64,000 nt of DNA from Leucoraja ocellata (lineage: Eukaryota), in assembly GCA_036785375.1 (NCBI GenBank), contig JAWMAR010000008.1, forward strand, positions 12,586,001-12,650,000, given 5' to 3'. The position numbers were made by a program, and so were the translations under genes. Shown piece after piece: positions 61,981 through 64,000 of this stretch. The notes under the pieces were generated by a model, which was not told the origin of the DNA, made no database searches, and saw nothing but the letters and a program-made list of their open reading frames with translations. Numbering within the stretch: the first letter of the stretch is position 1; each line of letters begins with the position of its first letter.

Positions 61981-62718
61981 GATGATTGTTTGTTTTGTTA
62001 ACAATGTGCAGACTGAGCATTCAAAAATTACCATCTCACACGCAACCCATTCTTTTCCAACTACAGTCAATGTGCCAATAACTAGAATTAAGAGAATTGA
62101 TTTCACCAAAGACATCAGCCATGTGTAAGAACAGGTTTACCAGGTTGCCTCTGGTTCTCTTCCCACTAATACCGCCTGACCAGCTGAAAATTTCCAGCAT
62201 TTTCCTAAACAGTTCTGTGCTCACTAAGGAGATGGAGAATAGTGATTCAGGGAGGGGTTCACAATGGGAACTGGCATTATTTAACCCGTCAGAGATCGAC
62301 AATGAATGAAACCGTACAGAGGCTGAGCTAATTTCATTCATGCTGCAACCGTGGTTAAAACAACTTCAGCCAATACTGGAGTAAAAAAGTAAAACAATCA
62401 AATACTGGAAAACTGGAATAAAAAATAAGAAAAATATATTATTAAGTAAATATTAAACACTGATAACACGAGAATCTGAAGATCGGGTCATTCACGTCAC
62501 CGCCTCTTTGACAAACTGTATCAGTCTGATTCGCTTGTTGTTTCCCCAGAGCCTGGCAACTTCTCCTCTTCATGCGCCTATTTAATCTGAAGCTAGTACC
62601 GAATCCAGCTCCCAGATCCACTTCCAGCTCCCTTGCACTAGCTCATTCCGATCAGCCTGCGAAGACTGAAATGCTTATATCCATTAAGTTTATTGAGCGA
62701 GCAGACTAACATTCTTAC

Positions 62719-62833
62719 CGAGTTTGGCTTCAACTGGATTGATCACATGGGGTAAGCTCTCCTCAGTCAATGAGAAGCTGGACGAGGACTTGTCGAAGCG
62801 CGGTGTCACGCCGAGAACTGCATAATACAGTAT
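62719..62833 (-). CDS. PIGS: PIGS exon (115 nt)
   Basis: [38 protein letters not shown]; tttgcag acceptor, G|GTAAGA donor. Confidence 0.94.
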
Positions 62834-63524
62834 CTGCAAAAGGAAGGGCATGAGTCACAAAGAGTCAGGATACCTTAGTGCACACAAAACTGAAAATCTT
62901 GTAACCATACTGAAGACCATGGAAGTGAGAGATCATCTTTAAAAGCCCATCTCATTTCCCCAACTCCTACGTAATCCTAAGGCTTAGATATTGTGCTTTC
63001 AGTTGAAGGATAGTAACCCTGCACCTGGCAGTCTAATATTGTGCTGAATTACAAGATCTTATTACATGATATAATCATCATCTGTACTGCATATGTAGCC
63101 CCAGTGGACAGCTGTTAAAGAAGTGAAGATAGACAAAAAAAAGCTGGAGAAACTCAGCATATCTGGAGAGAAGGAATGGGTGACTTTGGGTCGAGAGTCT
63201 TCTTCAGACTGACGTTTCAGGTCAAGACCCTTCTTCAAAAAGAAGTGATCTGATTATTAATTTATCTGTTGTTTAATGATGATGGATGGTTGTCAAATTC
63301 CCTCCATTACAACTGTGTCTGCTCTTCATCGATTGCCAAGTGCTTTGCGACAATATGAGGCTGAGGGAGGATGATTATATCAATCAAAAGGTATCTATGG
63401 TGTTGATTTGCTGTGGTTCCCTCTTCTCCCGCCACCCCTGACAGGCAGCACTGCAGTCCTGCACGTGTCCAACCCCACACTGCCTGATGCAGGGTTACAG
63501 GAGGTGCAGCCAACTCAGTCCTAC

Positions 63525-63667
63525 CTGAGAGTCCACGGAAAAGTTGGCAACAAAGGACAGCTTGTCCAGGAAGGGCTGCACGTAATTCTCCACAGCTCGC
63601 TTGATATCCCAGCAAACATCGTGGAACTTGGGATCAGGATTCAACAGACTGAAGGTGATTTCATAGC
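63525..63667 (-). CDS. PIGS: PIGS exon (143 nt); the gene continues beyond the window
   Basis: [48 protein letters not shown]; ttttcag acceptor, CAG|GTAGGA donor. Confidence 0.94.
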
Positions 63668-64000
63668 CTGAAAAAGAGTAGAAACCCCCCCCAGAAATTC
63701 AAGCGACCTCCAATAAATAAATATACAGACAAACCAATGACCATCACGGCACTTGCTGCATCTGACCATGGTTACTGTTTAAATAGTAATTAATAATGTA
63801 ATTGATAAAGTTAAATAACATGTTTACTTTACTATGGGCAGCACACTCTAAATACCTAACAGATAGAATGCATCAGACCCCTACGGTAAGATGAGCCCAA
63901 GGATAACAGTCCGATATCCCCCCCCCCCCCCCCCCCCGCTTGTTGCTTTGAAGTGTTAGCCAAGAGGATTAAAATCAGCAATGACGATCCCCAGTTTAAT

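Overview
This is eukaryotic, repeat-rich vertebrate DNA. The HE1/V-SINE-like, CR1 and Penelope-type repeats suggest a cartilaginous fish, probably a skate or ray (inference). The window holds the conserved FOXN1(+) / UNC119(-) / PIGS(-) synteny block: FOXN1 (7 identified coding exons), complete UNC119 (5 exons, 224 aa) and the last 6 exons of PIGS. An ~11.2 kb segment carrying the 5' half of FOXN1 is present twice, on either side of a 200-N gap. This is most likely an uncollapsed haplotype; copy 1 has a frameshift in the forkhead domain. The last FOXN1 exon also has homopolymer indels. The most notable non-genic signals are two. First, an abundant Penelope-like retroelement family and its short, TSD-flanked hairpin/tandem derivatives carry a minimal hammerhead-ribozyme core (CUGAAGA...GAAACGUC), including a tandem 106-nt unit on the PIGS sense strand. 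Second, a family of ultra-short 22-45 bp hairpin insertions each has a perfect 8-bp target-site duplication. Gene and repeat identities come from reading the sequence and recalling known families; no database search was run.
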